In this document: piece by piece, positions 20,755-33,300 of the stretch | Layout of the letters: every line of letters starts with the position of its first letter | Numbering within the stretch: the first letter of the stretch is position 1 | Source: Pelomyxa schiedti | Lineage: Eukaryota; Protista; Evosea | Direction of reading: 5' to 3' | Length of the DNA: 64,000 bases | Assembly: GCA_020536535.1 (NCBI GenBank) | Contig: JAHLWZ010000870.1 | Span: 1,156-65,155 of the forward strand | Notes under the pieces: model-generated | Seen by the model: only the letters and a program-made list of their open reading frames with translations | Database searches by the model: none | What the model was told of the DNA's origin: nothing | Program-made: the position numbers and the translations under genes

Positions 20755-22013
20755 ATGAGGAGGCCAGAGAACTTTAGTGAGAGCGAATGGAGGTCAGTGT
20801 TAGATGCCGTAACGGCGGCGGATGAGACAGAGATAATGTCTTCGGTTGGTTCGTCCACTACCACTACATCCAGTCGGCGGGGAGGAGGTCGGGGGGGTAG
20901 TCGAGGCAGGCGGGGACGACGAGGAGGAGGAGGAGGAGGAGGAGGAGGAGGCAGCAACAATTATGGGCACCCATCAGACTACGATTACCCCGACGACTAC
21001 GACCCAGACTCTGAGCTTGTGTTCTTTGACGAGAAAAGAGGCGGCGGTGCAATGGGCAAGAAGGCCAGCTCGGCGGCGCTATCTGTCAACGACTTTGAAG
21101 GTGTTGGGGTAGACTGGGGGCGCAGGCCTGGGAAGGGCAAAGGAGGCGGAAAGAGGCGCCCGATTGTCAAGGAATCGGACTCGATGTCCATCAAGGAGTG
21201 CTCTGCCTTGGCTGACCAGGTATTTTCGTGGATGGAAAAAATGATACATAGTGTACATGTGGGTTCTTTGTTTGTTCTTTGTTTGTTGTTTGTTTGTTTC
21301 TTTGTTTCCATTTAATGACAGAGGTCCTAAGTACCCGTTGGAGCTAATTATGGAGGCCGACCCTACTGCATTTAAAGCAAGGATGTCTGCTGCCAGAATT
21401 CGCAGTGCTTCCAATGGTATCTATCACGCTGAATCTCTACAATCAATATATTATTTTCCAAGAATACTTGCCAACATATATCCTGTTGCCAGCTATGTTA
21501 ATGGGTCGGACCTCCTATGGAGGATATGGTTGCCAAAATAACAAAGGTATTTAGCACAGCTTGATGCTACAACCAGTGGAGCAGCTCGTGAAATTCTGGG
21601 TTTACTGTATGGCCATTTTGTGCTTATATATGACAGAGATCTCCTCCGGCACTCTTGCTTGGCAGGCAAGAAACTTCGTGTGTGCATTCCACCAGATAAA
21701 CATATATTTTGCAGCCAGGAATGTGGAGTAATCCACATTGGCTCCAGTATCATTAGTGATATGACAGCCGGCGACACAAGCCAGTATGTTTTGTTATTCA
21801 TTAAAACACGACCTGGCACTTATTGACAAACCCAAAACCAGATACCAACTGGAAAGGGAAGCCTTGGAGGCACATGTAAAGGACAAAGAGGGCCTGCTAA
21901 TCTGGTTTGGCATTCATGAATTCGTACACCTCTTTATCAGGCCCCACACCAAGGAATTCTTTGCGTCCGTTTGCACTTACGCAGATTCACACCCCTTCCT
22001 CTTTGGAGAGTAG
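20755..22013 (+). CDS. RGG-rich protein with C-terminal HExxH zinc metallopeptidase-like domain (YgjP/WLM/SprT-like)
   Basis: N-terminal RRGGGRGGSRGRRGRRGG tract; C-terminal IHEFVHLFIRPHTKEFF (HExxH-x4-H); 3 introns. Confidence 0.65.
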
Positions 22014-22128
22014 AAACTTGAACTTTGTACGCACTACCACACCGAGGAGGAGAACAAAAAAAAACCTGCTACCTCAGAGATCCTTTTCTACGAAGTCCCA
22101 TCACGAAGATACAGTAAAACCATTTTAA

Positions 22129-25022
22129 ATGCAGCGGGGAGGGGGAGTAGCGGTAGCGGGGGTTGTAAACCAATACGGAGTTGTGGGATCTTGCGATGCA
22201 GTTGTACAGTTGTTCTTAGATGTATGTGTATGTGCTTCGAACTTGCCGAGGAAGTTGACGAGAGGCGAAGATATGCTCAAGAGACTGGAGCACACGAAGG
22301 TTTTTATTTGTGATTGCCCTTTTTGTTTATTGTGGGTCTTAACTCCAAGAAGGATACTTTTGTGAGCCAGAGGGGTCAATTTTCGGTTTTTTTGTCCAGC
22401 CCACAAGTGCAAGACGGGCTGCGGTCTATTTCACAAATACTGGCAAAAATCAGGGAGTTACTCGTAAGGTTTGTCCTTTTGAAGTGGGGTTGATATCGTG
22501 ACTTTTGCAAGTGTAGAGAAGAAGAAGTTCTTTGTCAATTCGACCTACCAAAAGAAAGTTGAGCACCTGATTAATGACTTGGTCACAGATAGCACTCAGC
22601 TTGTATTTTGAATGCCCCAAGCTTTGAGTATAACAAAACCAATAAAAGGGGGTCACTGTGTCCATACTTGCCTCGGCACATGCTGAAAGGGAGGCAACAA
22701 AACGATACAAAGAACTATCAAAGACCCAAGCCAAAATGGCCAATACCTTGATGAACAGTACTCTTCCTCATCAAGCCCTACCAGAAAATTCTGCTGAAGA
22801 ACCTCAGGATTCTCTTAATGAAAGCGGAGAGTGGAATGCTGAAAATGATGGTGACAGTAATGGCCAAGCAACCCCTGACAAAAATGGAAGTCAAAATATT
22901 AGCAACAATCAGACCCCACTCCAAACCCATAGCCCTAGTCGTAGTAGGAGCCATAGTAGAAGTAGAAGTGCTAGCAGGAACAGCAATAGGAGTGTCAATG
23001 GGAGTGATGAAGAGGCAACTCACACAAGGGATGAAAATGAAGAAGATGAGAGTCAAGAAGAAAGTGCTGCATTAAGCTTGTCTCTTACTGAAGAAGAGCT
23101 ATCCAGTTTGTTCCAGAGAGGAATGTGCCTGCTTCATGGTGTAGGAACTGATAGAGACTTGCCACAAGCATTTTCTTGCTTTCTAGTTGCGCTTCCACCA
23201 AAAACAACTTTGAATTATTATCAACAAAAAACCTTACGTAACTATATCTAGGATGCCGCTCAATGTGATTACGCCCCAGCAAAGAACATGGTGGGTCGTA
23301 TGGTTTTGTTCAGCATTGGCACACGAGACGATCCAAATACTGCTGTGATATGGTGATCTTCATTCCTTGTCTTTTTTTTTTTTCTTGTCTTTGTTCTTAG
23401 CTAAGTGTTTGCACCAGGTTTAGAGAAGCCGCTGAGCAAGGTGATACAGATGCTACTAATGCTATGGGACTGATTTTCGAGCTCGGGGCATGTAATGTAT
23501 CTTCCATAAGTTTTTACTACATTTGACGTGATATTAGGTGAAACCAGACATGTCAACTGCCGCACAGTATTACCAGGTAGCAGCTAAAAAAGGAAATCAC
23601 GAGGCAATGACAAATCTTGCTTATTTTTATGAGAAGGGCTTGGGAGTACCTCGTAATTTTAAGGCCGCCTATAATTGGTACAAGCTTTAATAATCTCTCT
23701 TACTGTCCTTGGTTAATTTTCAACAAGGTATTTACAAGCAGCCCAATTGGGGAATCCAAGGGCTATGAATAACCTTGGGACTATGTACTTACAAGGTAGG
23801 GGCATTACTGTGATGGAAGACGAAGCATTCCACTGGTTCTTACAGGCGGCTATCCAGGTGCCTTTTTTCCGAATCTTTCCCAACTCACTAGTGCTTGCAG
23901 AACCATACCATAGCTATCATCCATTTGGGTTTCATGTATGAGGTTGGTTGTTTTGTTGATGAGAATTTAGACATGGCCTGTGACTTGTACAGTAAAGCTG
24001 CCTCCTTAGGTACTAAATGACGCCGGAGTACTTCCTTCTACTCTCTCATTTTTCTCATTGATGCCTAAGGTGACACAAATGGTAATTTGCAACTTGGTCG
24101 GCTTAAAATAAAAACGGTAAGCTAGTGGAAGCATTCTTTGAACTTACAGTCGAAGGGTGAGCAGAGAGAAGGAATTGATGTACTTAATAAGGCATGTCTT
24201 AATGGAAAGTATGAGTGGCTCGTTGCCTACGATTACTAAACAAAACTATAAGTTACGAGGCACACCTTATCCTTGGTGAATTGTACCAGAGTGGTTGGCC
24301 AGGAACCCAACCTAACCTCGAAATTGCACGAAGCCATTTTCTAGAAGCAGCCCAAAATGTAAGTCCAAGCAAGCATGTCCTTTACAAAACCTCACTTTCT
24401 GTTCCTGGTAGAATATCCCCAAAGGTCTTGTTAGACTTGGAGTTTTGTGTTATACAAGTGGCCTCGAAAATGAAATACCGCTGGCGTTTTCATGTTTTTC
24501 CCGTGCTGCAACAATAGTAGAGTTTCTTTTCCACGTGATATGAGAAACATTTGCTGAAAGTTGCCAGGGTGACCCAGAAGCACAAGTTATACTTGGGGAA
24601 CTCTATCGAGACGGTATTGGCACTGAACCGTCACAAGCTGAAGCTGAGAAATGGTTTTCTCTTGCGGCAGGACAGGTACTACCCCTTATTTCCTGAATCT
24701 AGCAGGCACTCATTCACCACAGGGAGAACCATGGGGAATGTACAACCTGGGACAGATGTATGAGAACACCATCTGCCCAGACCCGCAACAACATGCGGAC
24801 CTCTTGAAAAAAGCCTGGCTCTGGTACCGCCGGGCCTCTGATGCAGGCCACCAGCCGTCTCAGGACAAGCTTCAAATGTGGCCACACCCCCCAGTGTGGT
24901 TTCTGCCCTCATCCACTACAACAACACCACTTTCCGGAACAGCTAAAATTAGTGGGGAGGCACTATGGCCGAACACCAACAAGACGCCTACATCATCCCG
25001 TTCTTCAGCTGGTGAATTGTAA
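22129..25022 (+). CDS. Sel1-like repeat protein
   Basis: Repeated A..NLG.MY..G.G....A..W...AA units, e.g. AMTNLAYFYEKGLGV, AMNNLGTMYLQGRGI, GMYNLGQMYE. The 5' exons are less certain. Confidence 0.85.
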
Positions 25023-25587
25023 AAAAAAAAAAATCATGTAGCAAAATATAAGTAAATAACCAGCAAAGAAAGGTTTTCTTTCTGCCAAAAAGGGAATGCA
25101 CTTGGAAAACAGAAGGTTGTGTGGGGAATGTGTGCATCCAAAGCGAAGACCAAGCCAGATGTTGGCTCAACAACTCCTATCTTGCCTTCCTTGTTACTCC
25201 AAACAAAAATCCTCTGACCCCAACAACCAGTGTCAAGCAATGATCTTTTCTTGAGATAAGGCAGATTGGTGTTGGTGCTGTAGTGGTCCCACAATGACTA
25301 TCAGGTACTGAGTAGCTGACCTGTGTCAGGATCCTTCCCGATCTGCTTGACATTCCTGGTGGTGGATTCAACACCACCCAAGGGCGAAGGTGCTGGTCAT
25401 TGGTGTTCACGGGGGGAAGAGTTGAGGAAGGTTGCACCATTTACGATTCTAAGAACTCAATGTTTCTGAAAACACAGGCGCTCTTTTGGCTCCTTCCTTG
25501 CTTACTGTGGGTTGCACTCAGGTACTTTTTTCAGCGAACTTTTCTGGCCGAGGAGAAGACTGGAAAGCACGAACAAACAAAAAAAAA

Positions 25588-28500
25588 ATGTTGGGTGCCG
25601 CGGCCAACAATGCCGGGATGCTGTCGTCGGGCAACCTCCACGCAGCTGACACGTCGCAGCAAATGCCACTGCCCGCCGCCAACGACGCCGAGTTCCCCGT
25701 CCCCGCGCGGCCCCCCACGGCCACGGGCGCCCTGGGGCCCGCCACCTCCGCGTCGTCGTTTGGCTCCGCCGCGACCGCCGCCGCCGCCTCGGCGTCGTCT
25801 CTGTCGTCGTCCGCCCCTGCCACCACCACGGCCACCACCAGCACAAGCACCTACGGCCCGACGAGGAGCGGGGGGCTCGGGGAGGCGGGGTCTGGGGGCC
25901 TCTCGCTGTCGACATCGAGCTCGGGGCTTGTGGGAGCGGGCGGGGCAGGGGCCGGGGCAACAGGGGACGCGGGGGCTGTGGTTTTGGTCGTGGAGGTGAG
26001 GGAGGCGCGGGGGCTTCCCGTAATGGATTTGCTCACTTCCAGCGCCGACGCATTTGTCGAGGTGAGTTGATGTACGTGTTTGTTTGTTTGTTTGTTTGTT
26101 TGTTTGTTTGTTTGTTTGTTTGTTTGTTTGTTTGTTTGCTTTTTGGTGAATGTTTTTGTTTGGGTTCCTTTTTGTTAAGATAGTTTTGTGCAAGGTCAGA
26201 TTTGGAGGCAGCTGGAAGAGGGAAACATCAGCAGTGAAGTCCTTGGAACCAGTTTGGAAAGAAAAATTCGAGTTGAATGTCCCAAAGGCACGAAACCTAA
26301 GAACAGTACCCCTGGAATTTAGGTATCTGTGCCTCCCTTCTGTTGTATTGCCTTTACATTAATTCCACTGTTGCACTCATCAGAGCTTGGGACAAAGATC
26401 GCCTAAGGTTGTTTTTTTCCCTCTAGTTGTTCCACTTCTTACCTCTATTCTAGTGCGAACGATGTAATCGGAGCTGTTTACTTGGACTTATCTGCACTAC
26501 TTTTCCCAACATCACCACAGCAGTTATCTGCCTGGTTTCCCCTGTATGACTCCCTTAGAGGTATCCATCAATACTTACCTTGAGAGTCAACTTATGTGTT
26601 GAAGGGGTCCAAGGTGAACTGAAGCTAAAAATTTCTCTGAAGACCCCTCTTGACAAGGATAAAGTGCTTTTCTTTTCATGTATGGCTAATTTTATTTCTG
26701 CAAAGTTGATGGTTTAAATAGGTAGCATCCCTGAAAATGTGCGAATTGTGACTTTGAATGGCCTTGTAGATGAACTCCTTGTAGAAGATGATCCAGAAAA
26801 CAAATGGGTTGACAACTTCAGAAAGTCGAGAAGCTCGAATGACGCACGCCAAGCATTGTTGACTTCCCACACTGGGTTAGCATTGCAACACTATCACCAC
26901 CTCTTAATCTGTATTTAGTAGAGTGAGACAGCACATTGCCAAGAAAGTGGAGGCACTCAACTGTAATGCTGTGTTATGTTACCGGCAACACTTGGACTTA
27001 GAGGGGGACTATATTGCTGCACGGGGCTATGGAACTGCGGCAAGGATTGAACTGGTGTGTAGCACATCATTTTTTTATTAACAAAAAAAAGCAAAATTAA
27101 GCCTGGCTTTTTACCGACGTAGGTGGAAACTCTCCCTTCAATTTCTCTGTCACAAAGTAGGAGTCCACCTTCCCCATCATGCCCAGTGCACCAACGAGCC
27201 ACAGTTTCCTCTGTTTCAATACTCACAATGACTACTTTTGCTCCAAACACAATTCAGTGTTTCGGTGGTGTTGTGGCAGTAAGTTGACACCTGCATGCCA
27301 TCATTCATTCACTTCTTACCTACAGGCAAGGTTAGTGAAACTGGGGCGAAAAGAAAAACTTACAGGGGCGAGGGATGGCTGGTGGGATGAAGCAAGAGAA
27401 GAAATCCGAAATAATGCTGCATCCTTGATGTGCTCGCATGTTGTTGGTTACACTGAAAGTATGACCATACAGGAGGGTGGTGGTACGCTTTCTTGCCCTA
27501 TGTTTCCTCCTATCTGATTATTGTAGATGTTTGTATTTTATCTGCGCAAGGTACAGCAGTAGTATTGAACACCTTTGGTGTATGTTAATCATTAAAGTTT
27601 ATTCCGTTTCATAGTCCTACACAGGTTGGATGCTCTGAGCTGCCAGCACGTAATGAAATCTAAATTTTCCATTTTCTTAATCACAAAAAAGTCCCTTGTA
27701 CTATCTGCCATGTGCCATATGAAAAGCTTCTGCCAGATAAAACACCCCTCCCTGGGGCATTTTCAATGTGTGCATTATGCACGTCTCAACATGTCCCCGA
27801 GATTTTGCTCTCCACAACCGATTTGCCCCCAAATGTGGTTTACCACATCTTTCATCCCAAATTCCACTAACTTTAACCTAGTCTCCTTGTTGTGGTGCAC
27901 CCAAACATTGTGAAGCGAAAGTCTGTAGGATAAAGAAAAAAACTTCGGTATAGCTTCACCCCTGTTGTCAACAATTCTTAAATATGAAAGGGTGAAGCAA
28001 ATGCTATACAAATTAGTGAAATTCTCCCTTTTATAGAGGACGAGTTGCACAGACAAATCATTCTGAAAGTTAAGTTACAGGTTGAAGTTAACTTCATCGA
28101 ATCTAGCTCTAATTACCCACCATTTAGGGTATGAATGCTCTTTTTGGGTATCGCATCTCAATTAGCATAAATGAAACTATGATTGCGGGTATTGCTTCTG
28201 GAACCGCGGTGAGAAGGGATGAATATTAAGGTTTTCTCAAGTATTGATAGGTGTTCCTGCTTCCACTCTCTCCGCCTCAATTTTTGCGGTTTGCTGGTGG
28301 TATGACCCCTCCGAGACAACAAATTGAAGCAACTTCCACTGAAAATGTTTGCTTCGATTTGTTTCTTTGTCTCTTAATCGTTGAAGGTTAATAACTCCTT
28401 AGTACTTCGAAAGGAGTATGTAAAGCACCATCGGGAAATCCACCAATTGCCACCAATTGATACCCATCAAGAACGGCAAGACACAGGGCATGCCAAAAGA

Positions 28501-29942
28501 GAAAAACGGAAGAAGAAGAAAAAAGAGTTCAGCTTGGATGCTACAGAAACTAATTCCCGTGATAGAGGCCATGGCACTGGACTGGAAGTCGTAACCGAAA
28601 AGATTTCCTCAGAGCACACACGCAGTCGCTCTACTAAAGAACCAAGGGATAGGGAAAAATCTGAGAAGGAGCGAGGAGATCAATCAGACAGAACACCTAA
28701 GCTAAGCAAAAGGAACCTGGAAGACTCCATTACAGAAGTCAGTGGTACTCAGCCATTGTCTCCAATGGGCTCAAATTCACCACCACCTCCTATTTCTGCA
28801 ACTTCCTCATTTACCAAGATGTCAACCGATAAGCCGGAAGTAGAACCACACAAGAAAAAGAAAAAGAAAAGACCGCCTACAAGCTCCAGCGCGGCCACGA
28901 CTACGGAAGAGGTGAATCCTGAAGGAGTTCTAAGACGAAGTGCTGAAGTAGAGAGTACGAAAGTTCCTGCACAGGAAGACAGTACAACACTGTACACTGA
29001 ACACATACGTAGCTTTCAGTTGCGTTCTCATTAAACAAGGGAAAGTGGACATTCTAAATTGGAGATTGATGAGGACTTTGATGAGCTACTATTAGAGCAA
29101 TACCGTTGCCTTGGTGTGAGCTTGTCAACACTCGATGTGTGATTCATTCCTTTCCTGTCGCTTTTGCTCATTGAATGACAGTCTCAGTTTTGTTGGAAAC
29201 ACCATAAATGTAGCACATATTTTTTTGCCATGATAAAGCGAGTGAAAATACGTGATACAGCAGAACCAACAAAGCAGTTCCACGAGTCATTGAAATCAAT
29301 TTACTCCACATTAATTCTGCATGTACACCTTGTAGTTTACTTTGGGTATCCTAAATTCACTTCAAGTTGGGATTCCTATGGCCTAAAGGCTGTCTCTGCC
29401 GACTCAGCAGTGACTTGAAGCTCGTTAGTGAAAATCAATTGGAAATCAGTATAACAGGAACTGCCGTTGGCAAGTTCCACACAGCCATGTGTGCAAGCAG
29501 TAGAGGTATCAGATGTTGTTCACACCTTTTTTTAAACTCAACATGCAATGCAGATGTTACTTTCACACCCGCTTCACACATTCCAGGAAGAACAATCGCG
29601 AAGTATGTGAATACATATAATTTCTTAATAACCTAGAGGCAACAAAGGTACCTTGGATACTTAAATGTTCACTTGGTGCGTGAGACTTTCTCCCTGGACC
29701 ACGCCTGCACTCTTGGAGATTTCACACAGCTATTTTTGCATGAGCTATTCTCAGTAGTTCGTGCACAATGCCGTGCCAGGGGTGCCAACACACTGTTAGA
29801 TTATTGTTTGGATATATGTACAATCAAATCAGAAAAAGATGAGGTTTTAAGCACCCCAAAACACAACAAAGCTCATTCCATATCCTAGGCATATTGTCTG
29901 TTCTCCATCAGTGGGGATACTGCTCTTTGTGAGTCTGTTTAA
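25588..29942 (+). CDS. C2CD5: C2 domain-containing protein 5 homolog (C2 plus YbjQ-like repeats)
   Basis: VEVREARGLPVMDLLTSSADAFVEV-RFG, AWDKD..SANDVIG, WFPLYDSLRG, LVDELLVEDDPENKWVDNFR..RSSNDARQ, RDGWWDEAREEIR, VRAQCRARGANTLL. Confidence 0.85.
26078..26137. repeat. (GTTT)15 microsatellite in first intron of C2CD5
   Basis: Perfect tetranucleotide run read directly. Confidence 0.95.
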
Positions 29943-30342
29943 AACTGTACAATTAGTATATTCTTTGAAAGCAGAAACAACCACAGCACCAACTCACTCT
30001 TTCAGTGATGAACACCCGCAGCGAAAAGAAAAAAAAAATAAAATCAACTCCCAATCTGTTCCTTCTCGGGCTCACCCGTTTGCGGCAGTTGATCTCTTTC
30101 TCTCTTCCGCTGTTTTCCACCATCGTGAAAACTCGGGAAGAAAAAAGCCAAACACAGGGCATCGACCTCGACTCCTTCCTTCGTCGTTTTCTGTGGCACA
30201 TCAGTGAGGAGCAAAGAAACAATTGGGATAGGCAGATCGTGCACCCCACGTTCCCTACACCTACTGCTCATACAAGCACCCCACGGCCTCATAGGATACC
30301 GCCACAGAACAGGGGCAACAGCAACCAACAAACCAACCAAAA

Positions 30343-33300
30343 ATGAGGGACGGGGGGCAGGGGGAGGCGGCGGCCGCGGCGGAGCAGCAGCAGGGGGACG
30401 GGGAGGAGCCCCGGCCCGCGACGCCGCCCCGCAGCAGGCACAGGCACAGGCACTCCACCGCCGCGTCGTCGTCGGCATCGCCCTCCTCGGAGCCGCAGCC
30501 CCTCTCGCTCTCGTCGTCCACCGACGGGCTGGAGCAGCTCCTGGCCCTCCACGTCCACAAGCAGCAGCAGCGGCTGCTGCAAGAGGAGCAGCAGCAGCAG
30601 CAGCAGGGCGGCGAGAGGGCGTCGCGGCACCGGCACCACAACAAGGCCGCGGCCCCGCTGGATCCCAGCGACGAAATCGAGCAGGACCAGCAGCGGCACC
30701 ACGGCCACCGCCACCGGCACCAATTGCAGCAGCAGCAGTTGGAGGAGCAGCCGCAGGAACAGCGGGAGCAGGAGCAGGACCGGGACCAGGAGCGAGAAAG
30801 AGAACGGGAGCGGGAGCGAGAAGAACAACAGAATAATATGAAAGCGCCGGGACGGAGGGGGCATTTCTCGCCGGCTATTGTTGTCACGGGCACTGACGCT
30901 GATCCTGATGTGGATTCCAGTGTCAGTTGCTCCACAACCCAACTTATATCGGAAACTGCACCCGTTGAGGAAACACAACCCTCAGAGGCATCCACGCCTA
31001 CGTTGGAATCACAAACGGAATCACAATTGCAGTCACTGTCTGCATCTGCACCTGCATTATCATCCTCACCACCAACATCAAATATCACACCAGCATCAAT
31101 GTTGTCTGTTTCCGTGCAGGCACATTCAGAGGAGAGAGGTTCTGCACTGTCAACACCTTCTGACATGATAAATCCAGTACCAGCGAGCCCTTCCCCAGTA
31201 CTATCTAATTTCAACACACCAACCCCATCACAATTACCCAACCAACTGAGTAGGGTGGTGTTGGGATTAGGTAACTTACCACTGGCACTTCTCCCTGGAG
31301 AGGAATTAATCACATCTGTGACTTCGGTCTATGACCCTCGCCACTCTGCCCCTACTATTTCTCTCCTTAATCTTTCCAATCTCTCTACAACACCTACACT
31401 TATTTCACCTCGTCTATCTAACCACCCACCTCCACCAAGTGGACCCGCTCCATCACCCTCCCAGCTGAATATGTCACCTAGCTCTCGTACACATCTTGTG
31501 TCACCTCCACCAACCTCATCCACCCCGCCAATATCACCATCCTCGACATCTTCAACGAGTAGTTTCGTAATAGCACCACCCCCTGGTTCTGTGTCTACTC
31601 CACCCCAACATCATCATAAGCACCTCAGTGCAACTTCATTTCTCTCTGCCTTGACTAGAGATACTGCACCCAAAAAAACGGGCACACTTTTTATTACAAA
31701 CTTCAGGCTGAGTTTTGTTTACTCTCCAGAATCGTATGGAGCCACAGCAGTTGCATCTGTTGTAGCTAGACTGAAGCTTGAAAAAAAGACCAAAAAATCA
31801 ACAGCGGAGCCTGCATTAAACAACAACATTGGTTGTGTGAATATGAATAATGGAGGCGTTTGCACCTGTGGTGCCCAGAGAGGGGACAAGCCAAAGGGGT
31901 GTCATGTAGCAGTTACCATTCCCCTTGCAACAATAAGTAGTATGAAATGGACTTGTTCCAAAGGATCCAGAACTTGTAAAATTATATGCAAAGACATTAA
32001 AATTGCTTCCTTTAGCTTTACTACACAAGATGGTACGAGTTTTTTGTGTGTTTTTACTTGAACCTTCTCTACTAGATTCTGCTGATCACATAGAAAAATT
32101 ACTTGACAAACTTGTATTTGTTACCTCAGTGACCCGCCTATTTGCTTTCTACTACCGTCCAACATTCAATGAGAATGGCTGGAATATATATGATCCACTA
32201 CGTGAGTACAGGCGTTTAGGCATTCCTGACTCCAGTATGTTTGTCAAATTCAATTTGTATGCCAGAAATGGCAATAAAATAATACCTATGCAGCATGGAG
32301 AATATCAGAAGCCAATATGCGTTATACACTGTGTCCCTCCTATCCAACGCTACTGGTTGTTCCTTATGAGTGCGATGATGAATTAATTCGGTGTGGAAGA
32401 ACTGTGTGGAGAAAAAGCTCACTCTTTTAGACAAGCTGCTCAATTTCGTACATCCTCGCGATTTCCTGTTTTTTCATGGAGGCACATTGAAACCGGTGCT
32501 GTGATTATGAGATCTTCCCAGCCAAAGGTTTGTTTTGGAATGTGTATAATATGAGTGATATTCTTTTATACAGGCTGGTTTGCTTGGAAACAGAAATTCT
32601 GCAGAAGAAGACATGCTCCGGAAAGTTACAAAAATAAGAGGAAAATTGGTATTTATTGATGCCCGACCAAAGTAACAGATCTGTTACGATTACATTCGAC
32701 TGTCTAAATTCCCAAAGGGTTAATGCTGTGGTCAACCAAACCAAGGGGGCTGGGTTTGAGGATCCTCTATTTTATGACAATACTGTACTTCATTTCCTTG
32801 GCATAGGTAGTTCCCTTTTCATTTCTCTATTCATACTTACAGACTTTAGAGAATATTCATGTTATGCGTGAAAGCTTCAAAAAAGTACGGGAGGCCAGTA
32901 TGGGTGGAAGTGACCAAATGTACTATTGTCTATGTGGAAAATCCTTAATTTCTTTCCAGTTTTCCCCAAATCACAGCTTCAGGGTGGTTCACACATCTTC
33001 AAGCACTTCTGCAAGGTGCTTCAAAAATTGCGGGTTTTCTTGCCACAGGTACATCTGTACTTGTGCATTGCTCTGATGGTTGGGACAGGACACCTCAAGT
33101 AAAGTTTTTCTTCGTTGTTGCGCTACTTACATCTCCATCAAAAAGCTTACCTCACTTGCTCAAGTTCTCCTTGATCCATTTTCTCGTACAATTCGCGGCT
33201 TTGAAATTCTGATAGAAAAAGAATGGCTATCCTTTGGACACAAATTTTCCTTTCGGTACCAAATGCCACGAAGTCCTTCACTCACTGATCACAAGAATTG

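Noticed and set aside
26078-26137. Regular short repeats as a CRISPR or telomeric array
   Set aside because: A simple intronic (GTTT)n microsatellite with no spacers.
30204-31313. Long antisense and alternate-frame ORFs over GC-rich first exons (also 25400-26193, 53147-53845, 55886-56770)
   Set aside because: These are stop-poor shadows of GC-rich low-complexity coding sequence with no domain signal.
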